From assembly GCA_905203765.1 (NCBI GenBank), contig CAJKXC010000001.1, positions 13,916 through 77,915 on the forward strand: 64,000 nucleotides of DNA. The letters run 5' to 3'. Positions 50,402 to 60,557 of the stretch are shown here, in pieces. Below the pieces are notes generated by a model that was not told where the DNA came from, did not search any database, and saw nothing but the letters and a program-made list of their open reading frames with translations. Position numbers and translations under genes: made by a program. Within the stretch, counting starts at the first letter, position 1; each line of letters begins with the position of its first letter. This DNA is from an uncultured Bacteroides sp. (GTDB lineage: Bacteria > Bacteroidota > Bacteroidia > Bacteroidales > Bacteroidaceae).

Positions 50402-50432
50402 AGCTATCTCTGTTTTGTTATTGTTAGATTTA

Positions 50433-53171
50433 TTATTTAGACGCAAGTACATATTTGCCAGAGCCTAACTCAATAGTCAAGCCATCACCGGATTCCTTTA
50501 CGGAATGTACTCCCGGTTGATTGGTATCCACTTTAATGCCGAACCGCAGAGGCAGTCTGACAGTTGCAGTGGTGTTTGCCGGAATAACAATGTGCCATTC
50601 CAGTCTATCGCCTTCACGCTTCCAGGCACTTTCTATCTTACCATAAGGCGACAGGTGGGAAGCGCTGACGTGATCCAGCTTCTCCGGGAACACCGGTTCC
50701 ATCAGGATATGCTTGAATCCGACAGAATCGGGACTGCTCTTGATACCGGCAAGGTCTTCGTAAAACCAGATAAGCAAGTCGCCCAGCAACATCACGTGAT
50801 TTCTTGAGTTCATGGCAGGATTGGCAGTATCGCCGTTCCATAACTCCCAGATGGTGGTTGCACCGTTCTTAATCATGTAACCCCACGAAGGATAGGTGTC
50901 ATTGGTTACAATCTTGTAAGCCAGTTCCAAGCCCCCATATTCAGTCAGTCCGCGCATCAGGTGCTGGATGCCAAGTACGCCTGCGCTGACGTGTCCTTTG
51001 CAATCGACCTCGGTCTTCTCCACCACATTGGCAAACACTTTCGCTTCGTAGCCTTCGGGCACCAGACCAAGTCTGAGGGAAAGCAAGTTGGCAGTCACCG
51101 TATTGTTATCGTATTGCGCAGTTGCCGGGTTGAAGAACTTCTTGTTATAGGCATCCTTTATCTTAACGGCAAGTGCCGCATATTCTTCGGCATCTGCCGG
51201 CACACCGTTCATCTGTGCAAACTTCTCCATCAGTTGCAGAATGCTGTAAAAGACAGAAGTGCTCAGCACCTCGCCGTTCGTCTTGCGCGCAGGGTCTTCG
51301 GAGTGGATAAGCTCAGGCGATTCGGGCGGCATGCACCAGTCGCCGTACTCGTCTTTCACCAGGATATAGTCCACCATCTTGGTATTTATCATGTGCTCCA
51401 CCCACCGTTTCATGGACGGATAGCGGTGCTTGATGGAATAGTCATCCCCAAACTGCCGGTAAAGCATATCGGCAACGTAGAAGTAGGCAGCAGGCCAGGT
51501 CACGTCGTCATGGAAGATAGTCCAGTAACGGGGCGATACAACAGAGATGCTTCCATTCTCGTTCATGGATTCTTCGATGTCTGCCAGCCACTTTTTGTAC
51601 ATCAGGGCATTGCCCAAGACGAAACTCTCGCCATAAGCGCCGGTGGTGCGGTCGCCCAACCATCCCAGGCGTTCGTCACGCTGAGGACAGTCGGTAGGCA
51701 TGCCGCGATAATTTCCACGGATTCCCCAATAAGCATTCTTATGAAGTTGGTTGATCAGTGCATTGGAAGTCTCGAAAGTACCCGTCGTTGCCATCTGGTC
51801 GTAGACTACTTTACCGATGAAATCGGCAGAAACAGGTTCATAATCCAAACCGGAAATTTCCATGAAGCGGAAACCGTGATAAACGAACAGCGGCTCCCAA
51901 GTGAACTCACCGTCAACAGCCGGAGTATAGGTATCCGTAACAAGTGCGCTGCGCAGGTTGTCGAGATACAGTTCGGTTCCATTGTCTTTCAGCACTTCGG
52001 CAAAGCGCATCGTGATGGGCCGGTCCTTTTTGCCGCGCAACTTCACTTGCTGTATTCCTACCATATTCTGCCCCATATCGACGATGTATCGTCCGTCGCC
52101 TACCGATTTCACCGATAGCGGCTTTATTTCTTCCATCACCTTCAGGCTCGGAGACATTTGTGCTACAAGTTTCCCTTTAGGAGCTTCCATCCGCCGGGCA
52201 GACTGCCATTCCGAATCATCGTATCCGGTTTCCGTCCACTTGCCCAGGTCGAGGCGGGCGTCGTATTGCTCACCGTCGAATTCATTATTCGCAGTTATGG
52301 GACCCTTATCGGTTGCTTTCCAAGAATCATCGCTCAGAATGGAGACTGTTTCACCATTATCATATTCTACGTTCAGTTGCGCAATGAGGCGGGGCAGACC
52401 GAAGCCGACCATCGAATTGGCACGCATGGAAAGGTAACGGCCATTGCCTAAAGCTACCCCTACAGCATTCGCCCCATTCTTTATCAACGGAGTAACATCG
52501 TAAGTCAGATAAGAAACCGAAGCATCGTACCAGGTAGGAAGAGGGCCGAATACATCATCCCCTATCCTCTTGCCATTCAGATAGCACACCGAAGAACCTA
52601 CACCGGAAACATAAAGCACCGCGCGCTTTGGCTTTGCCTGCAAATCGAACTCTTTTCTCAGATAGCGTGCCGGAAGAATCGTTCTTTCTCCGTCCAACTT
52701 CAGGTTTACGCTATCATTCAAACCAATCCAGACCGCCTTCCAATCCGAATCATCCAGCAGAGCCATCGCCCAGTGCTGAATGCTGCTTTGGACTTCATCA
52801 CCGGTGTTGGTCCACACCGTAACACGCCAATAGTACGCTTTCCCCGATTGGAGCGGCGCTCCGGCATACTCCACCAGTAAAGACCGGTCGGAATCTACAC
52901 GTCCCGAGTTCCATAGCAAACCGGAACCCGCTTTCAAAGCCTCTTCCGAATCTGCCACTTCAATCTGATAAGCGCTCTGCATCACATCTTGCTTCTCGCT
53001 CACCAACTGCCACGAGAAACGAGGATTCAGTGCCGACACTCCTTCCGGATTCCGTTGCATTTCCACTGTCGGTTCCGATATACTCAGAGAACCGGCGTTG
53101 AACGCTTTACAGCCCACCATCAGCAGGGCTAATAAAGAGATTAGAATGTTGTTCTTCATAACTACGTTCAT
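50433..53171 (-). CDS. GH78 alpha-L-rhamnosidase
   Basis: PRFSW, YLRKEF, DMGQNMVG, YHGFRF, PTDCPQRDERLGWLGD, YGDWC, GATTIWELW, SRNHVM; lipobox MVGC. Confidence 0.93.
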   Translation of the reverse strand: MNVVMKNNILISLLALLMVGCKAFNAGSLSISEPTVEMQRNPEGVSALNPRFSWQLVSEKQDVMQSAYQIEVADSEEALKAGSGLLWNSGRVDSDRSLLVEYAGAPLQSGKAYYWRVTVWTNTGDEVQSSIQHWAMALLDDSDWKAVWIGLNDSVNLKLDGERTILPARYLRKEFDLQAKPKRAVLYVSGVGSSVCYLNGKRIGDDVFGPLPTWYDASVSYLTYDVTPLIKNGANAVGVALGNGRYLSMRANSMVGFGLPRLIAQLNVEYDNGETVSILSDDSWKATDKGPITANNEFDGEQYDARLDLGKWTETGYDDSEWQSARRMEAPKGKLVAQMSPSLKVMEEIKPLSVKSVGDGRYIVDMGQNMVGIQQVKLRGKKDRPITMRFAEVLKDNGTELYLDNLRSALVTDTYTPAVDGEFTWEPLFVYHGFRFMEISGLDYEPVSADFIGKVVYDQMATTGTFETSNALINQLHKNAYWGIRGNYRGMPTDCPQRDERLGWLGDRTTGAYGESFVLGNALMYKKWLADIEESMNENGSISVVSPRYWTIFHDDVTWPAAYFYVADMLYRQFGDDYSIKHRYPSMKRWVEHMINTKMVDYILVKDEYGDWCMPPESPELIHSEDPARKTNGEVLSTSVFYSILQLMEKFAQMNGVPADAEEYAALAVKIKDAYNKKFFNPATAQYDNNTVTANLLSLRLGLVPEGYEAKVFANVVEKTEVDCKGHVSAGVLGIQHLMRGLTEYGGLELAYKIVTNDTYPSWGYMIKNGATTIWELWNGDTANPAMNSRNHVMLLGDLLIWFYEDLAGIKSSPDSVGFKHILMEPVFPEKLDHVSASHLSPYGKIESAWKREGDRLEWHIVIPANTTATVRLPLRFGIKVDTNQPGVHSVKESGDGLTIELGSGKYVLASK

Positions 53172-53210
53172 ATAAGGTTTATAAACTCCCGGATAATTAG
53201 CAGTAACCCG

Positions 53211-54257
53211 TTAAAATACGGGTTTTTCAGCTTCTGTCGAAGGAGAACTTCCCTCTACCGAGGGCCATCCGTCCTTCCATTCAATCTTGTCCATCATCAG
53301 TACGCGTCCGTCGGGTTGCTTGGTACTCACTGCATGATAGAAGAACCAGTCGTTACCGGCATTATCCGACACAATCTCGGAGTTATGCCCGGCACCTACA
53401 AAAGAGTTATTCTTATGAATCAGGACTTCATGCTTATTGTCGAGCATACGCCCGCCGTTCTTGTCCACATAAGGACCGAAAAGATTCTCCGAGCGTCCCA
53501 CGACGGTAGTATAAGTACTGTTCAAACCTTCACAGCAAGTGCCAATAGAAGCAAAGAAGTAGTAATGGCCGTCTTTCTTATGGATATAAGTGCCTTCGTA
53601 GGCAGTGCCTGCCACTTGTTGCAAGGGAGCGCCTTCCTTCAGGGAAAGCCCGTCTTCCGACAGTTCGGCACCATAGATGCCGCTAAAGCTGCCCCAGAAG
53701 AGGTATTTCTTCCCTCCATCCTCTATATAGAACGGGTCAATACAGTTCTGCACATTGATTTCGTTGCTGCGGAACATCTTTCCATGATCGGTGAAAGGTC
53801 CTTCCGGCTTGTCGGCAGTGGCGCAACCGATGCCGCAAGTCCATTCTCCACCCCATCTGGACATGGAATAATAAAGCACATATTTATCACCTATCTTGTT
53901 GATGTCCGGTGCCCACAGTCCTCCGCCTTCTTCAAAGGTGGGGCGGGTACGCTCAGTGAAGGCAGTGCCCACATATTCCCAGTCCACCAGGTTCTTGGAA
54001 CGGTGGATAGGCAGATTGCGGATGTCTTCGGTGGCATACAGATAGAAATAACCGTCGTCTGCCTTGATAACGGTAGGGTCGGGTAAACTGTAGTTTATCA
54101 CCGGGTTGCGATATACATTTTTCGGCTGTTCTTCCGGTTTATCTTCTTTGGCTGAAGTCGATGAAGAGCAAGCCGACAGGCAGAACAGCATAGATAACAT
54201 TAATAACTTCTTCATAATTCGTATATTCATTTCTTTAATTATTTCATATTGAGTCAC
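53211..54257 (-). CDS. GH43 glycoside hydrolase lipoprotein
   Basis: LPDPTV, WAPDI, CIDPF, YEGTY, GAGHNS; lipobox LSAC. Start probably 54215. Confidence 0.92.
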   Translation of the reverse strand: MTQYEIIKEMNIRIMKKLLMLSMLFCLSACSSSTSAKEDKPEEQPKNVYRNPVINYSLPDPTVIKADDGYFYLYATEDIRNLPIHRSKNLVDWEYVGTAFTERTRPTFEEGGGLWAPDINKIGDKYVLYYSMSRWGGEWTCGIGCATADKPEGPFTDHGKMFRSNEINVQNCIDPFYIEDGGKKYLFWGSFSGIYGAELSEDGLSLKEGAPLQQVAGTAYEGTYIHKKDGHYYFFASIGTCCEGLNSTYTTVVGRSENLFGPYVDKNGGRMLDNKHEVLIHKNNSFVGAGHNSEIVSDNAGNDWFFYHAVSTKQPDGRVLMMDKIEWKDGWPSVEGSSPSTEAEKPVF

Positions 54258-54269
54258 ACCGGGGAAGGT

Positions 54270-55220
54270 TTACTTCACCACCTGCGGTCGGATTATATCC
54301 CCGTCGATAGAAACCACCCCATGACCGGAGATAGCAAAATCTTTTATATAAGAAGTGCGTGGCTGTACTTTAGTGCTATCCCAATGTGCATGGAAAATGT
54401 ACTTCCAACTGCCGTCCTTGCAGCAGAACGGAGCGCCATGACCGGTGCCTACCAGTCCGTCGGCACGTTGTAGTACCGGATTCCCCTCGTACTTCTGCCA
54501 CGGTCCCATCGGGCTGTCCGAGGTGGCATAGCCTACTCCGTAGTTCTTGCTTTCAAAATGGTTGGCAGAATATATCAGATAGTAAACACCGTCTTTCTTC
54601 AACAACGAAGGGCCTTCCGCTACTCTGGCAGGCTTGTCTTGCGAGAGTTCCCACGGTTCTTCCACTTTGATGCACTCCGTCAGCGTTTCCGGCTTGATAC
54701 TCATCAGGTCATCGGTCATTTGCGCTACCCAAATCACATTACCGTCCGTGAAGCGGACAAAGTAAAGATAAGGCGTGCCGTCATCATCGATGAAAAGGGA
54801 AGTATCAATGCTTTTCTCGTCCCAGATGGGTTGCTTCACCTCTTGGCGGAACGGACCTTGCGGCGCATCTGCCGTAGCTACGCAGATATGTTCTTCGGTG
54901 GAATAGAAGAGGTAGAATTTCTTCTTTGATTCGACGTAATAAACTTCGGGTGCCCAGAAGCCCCATGTGCCATAGGAATCTTCGGCAGACAAGGCCTGGC
55001 CTTCGCGTTTCCAGTTTTTCAGATCGTCCGAGGAGAAACAGGCAAAGCCTTCGCCCTCCACCGTACCACCGGTGCCATAGGCATAGTACTTGCCATCGTA
55101 AAGCATCACATAAGGGTCGGCTATCGGCAAGCGGTCCGACTCTACCACCTGCTTCGTCTTGCATCCGCCCAGGCAGAGGCAAAGCAGCAGCAACAGAAAA
55201 TAGTTCTTCATCATATTCAT
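54270..55220 (-). CDS. GH43 glycoside hydrolase lipoprotein
   Basis: IADPYV, FWAPEV, SIDTS, VAEGP, GTGHG; lipobox LGGC. Confidence 0.92.
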   Translation of the reverse strand: MNMMKNYFLLLLLCLCLGGCKTKQVVESDRLPIADPYVMLYDGKYYAYGTGGTVEGEGFACFSSDDLKNWKREGQALSAEDSYGTWGFWAPEVYYVESKKKFYLFYSTEEHICVATADAPQGPFRQEVKQPIWDEKSIDTSLFIDDDGTPYLYFVRFTDGNVIWVAQMTDDLMSIKPETLTECIKVEEPWELSQDKPARVAEGPSLLKKDGVYYLIYSANHFESKNYGVGYATSDSPMGPWQKYEGNPVLQRADGLVGTGHGAPFCCKDGSWKYIFHAHWDSTKVQPRTSYIKDFAISGHGVVSIDGDIIRPQVVK

Positions 55221-55229
55221 AGTTCTTTA

Positions 55230-56234
55230 TTATTTCACCACCTTGGGCGTCATGTATTCCTTACTGATTCTCATACGGTCCACTCCATCCACTTTCTCAA
55301 AAGATACATCACCGATGTACATGGCACGCGGATGGATATTACTCTTGTCCTTATGGGCATGGAAAACGATGCGAAGCTTGCCCGCCTTGTCCGTGAACAT
55401 GGCGCTATGCCCTACTCCTACCAGGTCGCCGGGTTTCTGAAGCAAAGGATTTTCCTCATACTTGGTCCAGTCGCCCATCAGGTCGGTAGCGGTGGCACAA
55501 CCTATGCCGTAGAAAGGACTTTCGTAGCTATTGGCGGAGTAAGTCATGTAGTAAATGCCGTTACGCTTCATCACGAAGGGGCCTTCGTTTACCCGCGGCC
55601 ATACTTCCTCCCATGCCTGGGAGACGTGGATACAAGGATGCATCGTTTCCGTCTTAATGGTGATGAGGTCTTTCTCCAACTCAGCCACCCAGATGTTGAG
55701 CCCGTCGTTGAAACGGTCGAAGAACAGGTAAGGCGTGCCGTCATCGTCGATGAAAAGGGAGTTATCGATACATTTCTCATCGGCAATCATAGGTTCCTTC
55801 TTGTTCTGGATAAAGGGACCTTCGGGCGCATCGGCTACCGCTACACAGATATGTTCGTCGGCAGTATAGTACATATAGAACTTTCCATTCACCTCGTATA
55901 CTTCGGGAGCCCAAAACCAGCGGTCTGCCCATACATTTTTCTTTTCGAGCGCCATGCCCTTGTACTTCCAGGTTTGCAGGTCGTCAGAGGTGTATACCTC
56001 GATGCCATCATCGGCATTGGTGCCATAGGCATAGTAAGTGCCGCCGTGCAGCATAATAAACGGATCACCGAAAGGTACCGGCGTCTCCACTCCATCGACA
56101 ACAATCTCGTCAACGTCCTTATAGTCCGAAGAACACGACTGGCAGGAAGCCATCGCAGCCGACAGGAACAGGCAAATATAAATAAAACTCTTTTTCATGG
56201 TTCTTCTTTTAGTATCTTGTAAAAATTCATTCAT
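55230..56234 (-). CDS. GH43 glycoside hydrolase lipoprotein, paralogue of the adjacent gene
   Basis: FGDPFI, FWAPEV, CIDNS, VNEGP, GVGHS; lipobox MASC. Start probably 56198. Confidence 0.92.
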   Translation of the reverse strand: MNEFLQDTKRRTMKKSFIYICLFLSAAMASCQSCSSDYKDVDEIVVDGVETPVPFGDPFIMLHGGTYYAYGTNADDGIEVYTSDDLQTWKYKGMALEKKNVWADRWFWAPEVYEVNGKFYMYYTADEHICVAVADAPEGPFIQNKKEPMIADEKCIDNSLFIDDDGTPYLFFDRFNDGLNIWVAELEKDLITIKTETMHPCIHVSQAWEEVWPRVNEGPFVMKRNGIYYMTYSANSYESPFYGIGCATATDLMGDWTKYEENPLLQKPGDLVGVGHSAMFTDKAGKLRIVFHAHKDKSNIHPRAMYIGDVSFEKVDGVDRMRISKEYMTPKVVK

Positions 56235-58872
56235 GTAATCCTATGTGGTAATACAGCACTCCGTCATAGCCCGAAGCGCCTTTCTCCGAACAGAATCCGA
56301 TGCGCGATGCAGGGTATTGTGCATCCAGTGCACCCAGTTCACGGCCGTCCACAAAGATATAAAGTTTATCGCCCCGACGCACGGCACGGAAGTTATAAGA
56401 TTCCTTCAATTGCTCATGGATGCCAATCTTATAGATATGGCGCGACAAGTCTTCCGCATCTTTATTGATAAAACGGATTCCTTCCGCTTTCACCGCAGGA
56501 AACGCCAAACGATTATACGCAGGATGTTCCGCCACTTCGGCACCCCGGTTCTCTATCGGATGCCATTCTCCGTCGCTCAGATATTCGATATTGAACTTGC
56601 TGAACATATCCTCTACGAACTCGGATTTATTGCCGGCGTCATGACGATTCAGATAAAGTGCATCCAAATAAGTAGGCGTAGCAAAACGGTAACATTTCTC
56701 GATGAAATCGGTATATTTCACATCCGGGTAGACGGTTTGCAGGTGCTCCAGCGGGAAGTCTTTCCGCCAGGCCTGCTTGCCCTTCTTCACGGCAACGACT
56801 TCGAGCATACGGGTAGCGCCGTTGAACTGTGCCTTCACGTAATTGTTCTTGTCCACATACACCGGATAGCTGCCTGCCAATCCCTGAGGAGACAGACCGG
56901 ACAACTGGAAGCTGAATTCATAATCGTTCAGCAAATCGCCTTTCAATGCTTCCGCCTTCCCGGCAAGTTGCAGGTGGTCGTCATCAAAACCGATAGTATA
57001 GGTAGTTCCTTCGAACAAGGCATCCTTTGCTTCGTCGAATACTCCGGGAACACCAGCCTCAGCAGCAGGAACCACTCCCGCAAAGATATGCTTTCCGGGG
57101 GCGGGAATCTCGTCCAACCACACTTTCATGCCATCTGCATTGCGCTCTATGCGCAACTGATGGTAAACACCCCAACGGAAATCAGCAGGCAAAGCGTATG
57201 ATTCCTTCTTTTCTTTTCCGTTGATGCGGGTACGCAGATACCAGCATTGGGACTTTGCATCCAAGCCTATGTAAGCGCAGTTATCGGCATCCTTCCACCA
57301 GGCTATTACACCTGCTTCACCGTTCGTCTTTACGCTGGTTTCAAACAGGTAGGCAGCAGACGGCTGCACGCCCTGAAGCACGCCAAAGGAAGGCGTTTCA
57401 TCTATTTTGGAGTAGGTAGGCATAGAGGGTTCGGGATGATAACCCGCGGTTTGAGGTCCTGTAATGCCATCTACAAACATCGTCTTATCGAAGAAGTGGA
57501 CACGATTGATGTATTGTCCGCGGCGCTCGGCATTCTTGTTTGCCATGTAGATAAGCCACCATTCGAAGCCGTTCGGGCCTCTCAGGATATTGGGTTGCCC
57601 CGGTGTCATCAATATTTCGTCAGCAATGCCGTTCTTCATATCGAATAGAGATACGTCGAAGAATTGGGAACGGCGTCCTTTGTTTGTTTCTACGGCAAGC
57701 AGATTCGCACCTTCTTTCAAAGCGGCACGCATCTTCTTATCCAGATTCACGATGCAGTAATCACGCCCCTGCTTCTCGTAGACCAGCGTTCCATTCAAAT
57801 AAATCCGGGTATCCCCGTCGTGAGCCACGCGCAAGGCAAGATTGCCCACCTGCTTGCCGGCAGAGAACGTTTTGCGCAGCCATAAGGAAGGAGAATTCCA
57901 CACCGTACCCTGATGACGGGTGGTAGAGCCTTTCACTTCTTCGGAAGAGAAGCCCGTTTCGCCCTGCTTCCAGGCAGAGGCATCATAAGTAAGTTTTGTA
58001 TTCCAGTCACCTGCCGGCTTGCTTTCGGTATAAGCAAACAGAGGTTCGTAGGTAGTGCCATACCGCAGTATGTCCACTTGTTTTTCTTCCAGTTGAGTCT
58101 GATTGCATCCTACAACCGGATAGCTATATTTATTCCCATGTTGAAAACCTAAAGGAGAGTCGGCCTCAGCCACCCCCAACTGATAATTACCCCATTCGGT
58201 AGAAGTGTGATTTGCGTTGTACATCATGTAGTAACGGTCCCGGTACTTCATTACCCACGGGCCTTCCGCTACTCTGTTATCCATTGTCTCCCATGTATCG
58301 GGCAGTGAAGCGAACATACATACGGGATCACCGGCAAACTCTGCCGGGTTCTTCATCTTACGCGCCCAAATGGTGTTGCCATCGGTGAAGCGCACCATAT
58401 ACATGTATAGTTGCCCGTCGTCATCCTTGAATACCTTCGGATCGATACGGTTATCCATCCAGGTCTTTTTATTCGGTTCCGTATAGGGACCTAAAGCATC
58501 TTTACCTTGCGTATGCACTATGTGAACAGCATGCTTGTCCTTTCCCCAATAGTTGACAGACCAGTACAGGTGGAAATCACCATTCAAGTAGATCATATCA
58601 TTGGCATGAATCTGATTGTTGCCTGCTCCGGTACCCTTTGTCCACTCGTTATCCATAGTTACCACGTGGACGGGCGTGCCCCAATGAACCAGGTCATCGG
58701 ATACATAAAAATCTCCGTTTGTATAAACTCCGCCGATATAATACTTGCCGTTGTACTTCATGACACCGGCATCTGCCACTCCGGGAAGTACCGGATTCTG
58801 GATATTCTGCGCCATCAGAGTGCTGCAACAAGCAAAAGCGAATGGCAATAATAGTTTTTTATAGACAAGCAT
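56227..58872 (-). CDS. Multi-domain GH43 glycoside hydrolase with inserted and C-terminal beta-sandwich domains
   Basis: VADAGV, RIDPKVF, VAEGPW; LWLRKTF...HDGDTRIYLNG sandwich; late TPGQPNI...WWLIY blade; signal peptide ending A-Q. Confidence 0.85.
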   Translation of the reverse strand: MLVYKKLLLPFAFACCSTLMAQNIQNPVLPGVADAGVMKYNGKYYIGGVYTNGDFYVSDDLVHWGTPVHVVTMDNEWTKGTGAGNNQIHANDMIYLNGDFHLYWSVNYWGKDKHAVHIVHTQGKDALGPYTEPNKKTWMDNRIDPKVFKDDDGQLYMYMVRFTDGNTIWARKMKNPAEFAGDPVCMFASLPDTWETMDNRVAEGPWVMKYRDRYYMMYNANHTSTEWGNYQLGVAEADSPLGFQHGNKYSYPVVGCNQTQLEEKQVDILRYGTTYEPLFAYTESKPAGDWNTKLTYDASAWKQGETGFSSEEVKGSTTRHQGTVWNSPSLWLRKTFSAGKQVGNLALRVAHDGDTRIYLNGTLVYEKQGRDYCIVNLDKKMRAALKEGANLLAVETNKGRRSQFFDVSLFDMKNGIADEILMTPGQPNILRGPNGFEWWLIYMANKNAERRGQYINRVHFFDKTMFVDGITGPQTAGYHPEPSMPTYSKIDETPSFGVLQGVQPSAAYLFETSVKTNGEAGVIAWWKDADNCAYIGLDAKSQCWYLRTRINGKEKKESYALPADFRWGVYHQLRIERNADGMKVWLDEIPAPGKHIFAGVVPAAEAGVPGVFDEAKDALFEGTTYTIGFDDDHLQLAGKAEALKGDLLNDYEFSFQLSGLSPQGLAGSYPVYVDKNNYVKAQFNGATRMLEVVAVKKGKQAWRKDFPLEHLQTVYPDVKYTDFIEKCYRFATPTYLDALYLNRHDAGNKSEFVEDMFSKFNIEYLSDGEWHPIENRGAEVAEHPAYNRLAFPAVKAEGIRFINKDAEDLSRHIYKIGIHEQLKESYNFRAVRRGDKLYIFVDGRELGALDAQYPASRIGFCSEKGASGYDGVLYYHIGLHE

Positions 58873-58895
58873 AAGGTATAAGATTTAAGAGAAGA

Positions 58896-58948
58896 AAGGC
58901 TATGCCGGAAGCGCCTAAGTATAAGAAAGGGCTTCCAGACATAGCCTT
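58896..58948 (-). terminator. Intra-operon stem-loop downstream of susD
   Basis: AAGGCTATGCCGGAAGC...GCTTCCAGACATAGCCTT. Confidence 0.6.
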
Positions 58949-58957
58949 CTTTGGTTA

Positions 58958-60535
58958 TTAATAATTCGGGTTCTGAGTCAAGTGAGCAACACCGCCTACG
59001 GTACTGTTAATCACCTCGTCTCTCGGAATAGGCAGACGTCTGTGCTTGCCAACGATGAAGTTGTCAAAGTCTCTGTCACGAGCTTTCAGTTCGTCGATAC
59101 CTGCTTGAGAGTCGAGCAATCCCCAACGTTTCAGGTCAGCCCAACGCCAGCCTTCGAAGCAGAGTTCCAAAGTACGTTCCATCTGCAGACGCTTGAGGAA
59201 AGCATCCTTTGAGCCCAGACAATCTTTCCATTGGCTGTCTTTCAGCTTTGCCAAACCGGCACGCTCTCTTACTTTATCCACATACACAGCAGCATCGGCA
59301 GGATTAGCACCTGTTTCAGCCAGGCACTCTGCATAGTTCATCAGGATGTCGGCATAGCGCATGATGCGATAGTTGTTGCGGGCAAAGTAATCTTCGGCAC
59401 TACGATAGTAAGAAGTGTTGTACTTGCGGATATAGCAATCTTCCGGGTCGGTTCCCCAGTTGTCATTCCAGTCTGCATTCTCAACTCCGTAGTATTTCTT
59501 AGGTTGATCGGGGAAGTCTTGTGAGAATCCACGATAAAGGATACTGCCGTACAGACGCAAGTCATTCTTGCCGTCAACGCGTTTCTCTTTCAGGAATTCA
59601 TCAACCAGCCAGCGACGGGCCTTACCGTCACCCCAACCAATACCGCTGGGAGCAAAGAACTGAGTACGCTGGAAACCGAATGCCATGCTGGCGTCATTGC
59701 CCGTACCACCCTTATTCATATCATCGAACTGGATCTCGAAGATACCTTCCTTGTTGTTCTCATCCAGGTCGGTGAAGTTGTCCTCACGATTGTCAATCAG
59801 TCCATACAGAGAACCTTCCTTGTCAATCAGCCACTGCAACTGTTCCTTTGCCTTGTCGTACTTGTGCTGCTGCATATAAGCCTTGCCAAGCAATGCTTTG
59901 GCAGCACCTTTGGTTGCACGTCCCAGGTTGGCGGCATCCCATGATTCGGGCAAATACTGCATAGCAAACGTCAGGTCTTTCTCTACCTGATCCCAAATTT
60001 CCTGCTCGGAAGCATCTTCGGGGATATAAGTGGCGTCCTTAGGCTCCAAAGGCATTGTTCCTTTGTCCCACAACAGATTTACCTGGAAATACCACAAAGC
60101 ACGCAGGAAAGAAGCCTGTGCCAGCACCTGGTTCTTCGTAGTCTCGTCCATTTCGATATTAGGAACTTTGGTCAACACCTGGTTGCAACGGAAAATACCT
60201 ACATAGAAGTGTTCCCAATGTATATTGTTGCCTTCGTAGAAGTTGTAGTTGTTGTAAAGGAAGCGTGTCCAGTCGCCCAACTCAATCCAGGGAGAAGAAC
60301 TCCATCCTTCGTCCGAAGTCAAATCATAGCGGAAAGAGAGCCAACGCATCCAGGTTCCCTCTTTATAGAGGAAGCTGTAGCAGGCATTCACACCGGCAGT
60401 AGCATCTTCCGGCTTGTTCCAATAAGTATCGTTGGTCACTTCATTGGGATTATCGATATCCAATAAACTCGAACTGCATCCGGTGCACAATGTCAGGGCA
60501 CCTGCGAGCATTAATCCATAATATATCTTTTTCAT
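58958..60535 (-). CDS. susD: SusD/RagB-family glycan-binding lipoprotein
   Basis: Lipobox CTGC, YVGIFRCN, FLRALWYF, GRATKGAA.ALLGK.Y, MRYADI, ERTLELCFEGWRW.DL.RW, PIP, QNPNY. Confidence 0.95.
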   Translation of the reverse strand: MKKIYYGLMLAGALTLCTGCSSSLLDIDNPNEVTNDTYWNKPEDATAGVNACYSFLYKEGTWMRWLSFRYDLTSDEGWSSSPWIELGDWTRFLYNNYNFYEGNNIHWEHFYVGIFRCNQVLTKVPNIEMDETTKNQVLAQASFLRALWYFQVNLLWDKGTMPLEPKDATYIPEDASEQEIWDQVEKDLTFAMQYLPESWDAANLGRATKGAAKALLGKAYMQQHKYDKAKEQLQWLIDKEGSLYGLIDNREDNFTDLDENNKEGIFEIQFDDMNKGGTGNDASMAFGFQRTQFFAPSGIGWGDGKARRWLVDEFLKEKRVDGKNDLRLYGSILYRGFSQDFPDQPKKYYGVENADWNDNWGTDPEDCYIRKYNTSYYRSAEDYFARNNYRIMRYADILMNYAECLAETGANPADAAVYVDKVRERAGLAKLKDSQWKDCLGSKDAFLKRLQMERTLELCFEGWRWADLKRWGLLDSQAGIDELKARDRDFDNFIVGKHRRLPIPRDEVINSTVGGVAHLTQNPNY

Positions 60536-60557
60536 AATTTATAAGCTGATTTATTAG

